From NCBI RefSeq assembly GCF_048593235.1, contig NC_133620.1:28801772-28865771 (forward strand): a stretch of DNA of 64,000 bases. The letters are read 5' to 3'. The translations under genes and the position numbers were made by a program. The notes under the pieces are model-generated. The model saw only the letters and a program-made list of their open reading frames with translations. It had not been told where the DNA came from and made no database searches. This DNA comes from Sminthopsis crassicaudata (Eukaryota). Positions 59,771 through 64,000 of this stretch are shown in pieces; positions within the stretch are counted from its first letter, which is position 1, and every line of letters begins with the position of its first letter.

Positions 59771-62700
59771 GTTTGGTTGTTTAGTTATTTCTAGTCACAT
59801 CTGACCCTCTGTGTCCAATTTGGGTTTTCCTGGCAAAGATCCTGGTGCAGTTTGCCATTTCCTTCTCTAGCTCATTTTACAGATCAGGAAACTGAGGCAA
59901 ACAAGGTGAAGTGACTTGCCTGGAGTCACACAACTAGGAAGTGTCTGAGGATTGACCTCATGAAAATTTGAGCTCATGATGAAGAAAAGTCTTCCTGACC
60001 TCAGGCCTGGCACTAGCCACTACACTATCTTCCTGAGTTTGTTTTGCTTAGCACTGATCCCTGCCATAATTTACCCTTCCTTGAATTCTGCTTCCTCTTT
60101 TCCTATTATTTCCCTGTTTAGTAAAATGTAGTTTGGTATCTAACTGGGTGTGTATGTATGTGTTTTCTTCTGTTCTGTGACTGCTCAGATGAGCATGAAG
60201 TGCAAGGGTTAGCTGCTGCCTCCCCTCGTACCTGATATGATCATTTTGTGTGTAGACTACTGCTTGTGGAACTATGTAGTTGAAATCATTTCCCCTAACC
60301 TTTCCTTCTCTCTTTGCAGTGTATTCCTCTTCTCTTTCCATTTAAAAAAAAAAAAAAAAAAATCATTAAGACATCAGTGGACCATCGACAGGTTTCTGAA
60401 CTTCCTCTGTGATTCCTGATGATTTTGAGATTTAGAGGGAACGTTATCATTTCCCCATATAAGACTGTAAGCATTTTATCCTTATTTAGTCCTTTATCAT
60501 TGTTAGTGTTTATTGTCTAATATTTCTTTTAACTTCTGTGTTTGCACTTCAGAATTTCTGTATAGCTCTGGCCTTTTTAAAAATCAGAAATGCTTGGAAT
60601 TCTTCTATTCCATTTTTCCTGCTATAGGGGTTTTGCTAGTTGAGTTATTTTTGGATCAAAGTCTATAATACATTCTAAGTCTCAGCTCTTTTATAATAGT
60701 GTCTGCTAAACCATATATAATCCTGATTCTGGCTCTTCAGTGTTTGATTTTTTTTTTTTTTTTCTGCCTGCTTCAGTATATTTACTTTGGCTTGGGAACT
60801 TTGGATGTTGACTGTAATGATCCTGGAATTTTTTATTTTGGGTTTACTTTCAGTAGTTGATTGGTAGATTCCATTTATTTATTCATTTTTAGGTTATACA
60901 TGTACAAATCATGTAAACATTTCCACATTAGCAATTTTGTAAAAACAAGAAACAAAAGGGCAAAGCTGCAAAAACGACAACAACAACAAACTGAAAATAG
61001 TATGCTTTGATCTGAATTCAGATAGTTTTTTTCCTGGATGTGGATAGTATTTTCCACCATTTCATTTTATTTTTAAAATTGAATTTTATTCTCAGTTCTG
61101 AATTTTCTCTCTTCTACATTCTCTACTCTCCAATGAAAAAGTAAGAAAAACAAAGCCTATTATAAATATTTGTTGTCAAGCAGAACAAATTCCTGGTTTT
61201 TGGTGGAATAGAGTACTGAGTTAGGAAGATCTGAATTCAAATCTGTCCTCAGACGCTTATTGTATAACCATGAGCAAGTCATTAAAAAACCCAAAAAACT
61301 CTTATTTGCCTCACTTTCCTTATCTGTAAAAAGGGGATAATAATAGCACTGCCTTCCAGGTTTGTTGTGAGAATCAAATGAGGGAAGATTTCTTGAAACA
61401 TAATGATTATGTGATCTCTCTCTCTTTTTGGTCATAACTTTCAGGTAGTTTAGTGATTCCTAAGTTTTTTTCTCTTTAATATGTTTTCTTTATTGTTTTT
61501 TTTCCATGAGCTATCCTATATTTTCAAATATATATTTTCATTCTTGACTTTGTTTACTGATTTCTCTGGTCCATTCTGATTTTCAGGGAGCTTGTTGTTT
61601 GGGCAAGATTTTTTATTTCTTGGGCCAAGCTGTTTTTCTTTCCAATTCAATTCTTTTTTCCATAACTCTCATATTTTTCCTTCCAGTACTCATTTAACTT
61701 GTAAAACACATTTTAAAAACGTAAAAAAACCCCACCAAAATTCTTGACTTATCTCTTTTAGGAAAAAGTTAATTATGTGTCCCACCTGTGTTTTTCTTTG
61801 AGGCTTTGCTTGCAGATGTTTAGGAGTCATTCTCTTGTTGTAAATTTGTGTCTTGAATGCTTTTGTCACCATAATAAATATTTTTTAATGGTGGGATTCT
61901 ATTTTTTTTTCTTTTGTTTGTTCATTCTTCCAGCTTACTTTCTGTAAGACCTGATTTTAGGATTAGTCTGCTTTTCCCTCTGTTTCTAGAGGAAAGGTTT
62001 AGGCTGGTCTTATTACTGCTTTCTTAAGGTATTAAGTATTGTGTTATTCCAGGATCTTAGACATAGGCTGGGTACCCAAAAGCTTTCAATGCTCCCCAGG
62101 TGGTCTGATCAAGGGAACAATCTGTTGTGTTATTTCTGAAGACTTCAGATTAGGCTAGAAGCTGGAGCTATCTGTTTCTGGGGTCTGAGCTACACTGCTC
62201 TTTTTGCCTCTGAACTTCTTCCTTGCTTAGTACTCAGCAGTGATCACTGCTAATTCCTGGGTATAGCACCTTTTCTTAGTCCATCTTGGATCTTTGATCT
62301 GGAACTGGGTAGTGGGTGACAAAGCTACCCATTAGCACCTGTTCCTGCATTCTGCCCTTGGTGCCCCAGTGGGCACATCCTCTTTCCCTCTACATGGCTT
62401 CTGACCAGAACTTATTTGCACTATTTGCCTATCTTGCTGTCTAGGTCCTGAACTAGAAAAGCGGCTCATTGTGATTTTTTTTTTTCCCCCTCTGATTGCC
62501 CCATTTGGATTTGGTCTGGTGCATTTTCTAGACATGTTTCAAAGTGTTTGCTGGGGAGGGGGAGAATATGGGGAGTTGGGGGCAGTTCCTACTACTCCAC
62601 CATTTTGGCTTTGCCAAATGCCAATTTTTATTAATGTTCATAAACTGTTGCCAAGAACTGAACACAATGTTCCAGATGAAGTATGACAAATTATTTTGAA

Positions 62701-63599
62701 TTATTACCTCTCTTCTCAGGAGCTATGCCCCTTCTAATGTAATCTAAAATGACATTAGATTTTTTTGGCTACCATACCACATTCCTGATTCTTTTTGAGC
62801 TATCAGTTCATCAAAACTCTGAGATCCTTTTATATTTTTGAAGTTGACTTTTTTGTATAACATTTTATGTTTATGCCTACTGAATTTCATCTTACTAATT
62901 TTGGCCCAGTACCCTATCCTGTCGAGAGCTCTTGGGCTCTTGACTCTAGCATGCTAGCTATTCCACCCAACTCTAATCATTTTCATATTTGATGAGCATA
63001 CCATGTTCGCCTTTATACAAGTCACTGATAAAAATCTTAAACAGGAGGGAGCCAAATACAGATCTTTCCACTGGAAACTTCTGCCACATTGACACTGACC
63101 TGTTAGAAACCTTTAAGTCCTAATATCCAAATAGTTTTGAATCCATCTGATTGCATTATCACTGTAATCCATCTCTTTTCATTTATATTCTCTACAAGAA
63201 TAGTCATCTGAGATAGTTTATCAAAAGCTTTGTTAAAATCTAGTTTAATATCCTGAACATTCCGCAACATTTTGTTCACCTTCTATTTAAATTAAAAATT
63301 TCTTGACAAAATTTGCTAGCTCTTTGTAATTACTGTTTTCCTTTCTGGATATTTGACAAGCACTTCTTTTAGAGATTATTTTAGATTTTCCCCAGAAATC
63401 CTAGTGAAGGTCACTAGCCTTAGTTAGCTTACAAACCCTTCTCTTCTCCATTTTTGAAAACCAGAACGTCTGCTTTTCTCCCACCTTGTTACATTGCTCC
63501 TCTTCTCCATGATCCCTCACACATCTAGACAGGGGCTCTACAGCCATTGTTGGTCATTGTGTCATGCTCCAAGAGGGGGAGCAAAAAAAAAAAAAAAAA

Positions 63600-64000
63600 A
63601 AAAAATGAGATGGGGGAAAAAAAAAACTCAAGCAAACAAACACCACCATAAAAAAAGGTGAAAATATTATGTTTTGATCTACATTCAGTCTCCATAGTTC
63701 TTTCTCTGGATGTAGATTATACTTTCCAAACCAAGTCTATTGGAATTGCCTTAAATCACCTCATTGTTGAAAAGAGCAAGTCTATCACAGTTGATCATCA
63801 TATAATCTTAATTGTGGTATATAATGTTCTCCCAGTTCTGCCCAGCTCACTCAGCATTAATTAGTTCATGTAAATCTTTCCAGGCTCTTCTGAAATCAGC
63901 CAGCCCATCATTTCTTATATATTCATAACTTATTCAGCCATTCCCCAACTGAGGGGCATCCACTCAGTCTCCAGTTTTTTGCCACTACAAAAAGAGCTAT
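63600..64000 (-). mobile_element. LINE-1 3'-end fragment (same family also at ~612-870, 17765-18060, 24060-24400, 41510-41600, 44930-45050)
   Basis: Shares blocks with 9818-10280 (aaatactatg/ttgtgatccaca, gttgatcatca, ctgctcatttcactcagcat). Confidence 0.7.

Overview
This is eukaryotic DNA from a marsupial, probably an Australian dasyurid. The assignment rests on WSINE1-type CORE-SINEs, marsupial L1/RTE fragments and an OposCharlie1-type hAT MITE. The window holds the conserved PRDX1(+) - MMACHC(-) - CCDC163(+) - TESK2(+, 5' end only) block. PRDX1 (6 exons, 199 aa) and MMACHC (4 exons, 274 aa) are complete with canonical splice sites. The main result is CCDC163: 10 phase-compatible exons give an uninterrupted 378-codon coiled-coil frame. 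That is far longer than the short or pseudogene-annotated human product as I recall it, and it resembles CCDC159. It has GTG where Met1 is expected and an in-frame upstream AUG blocked by one TAA. The repeat-rich 20 kb upstream of PRDX1 contains a dense TCF/LEF+GATA motif cluster, ARE/AP-1 palindromes, a degenerate duplicated exon-like pair and a weakly supported unannotated mini-gene. TESK2 is assigned by synteny only, because its coding exons lie outside the window. There is one 146-N assembly gap at 36713-36858. All homology calls are from memory, not from database searches.
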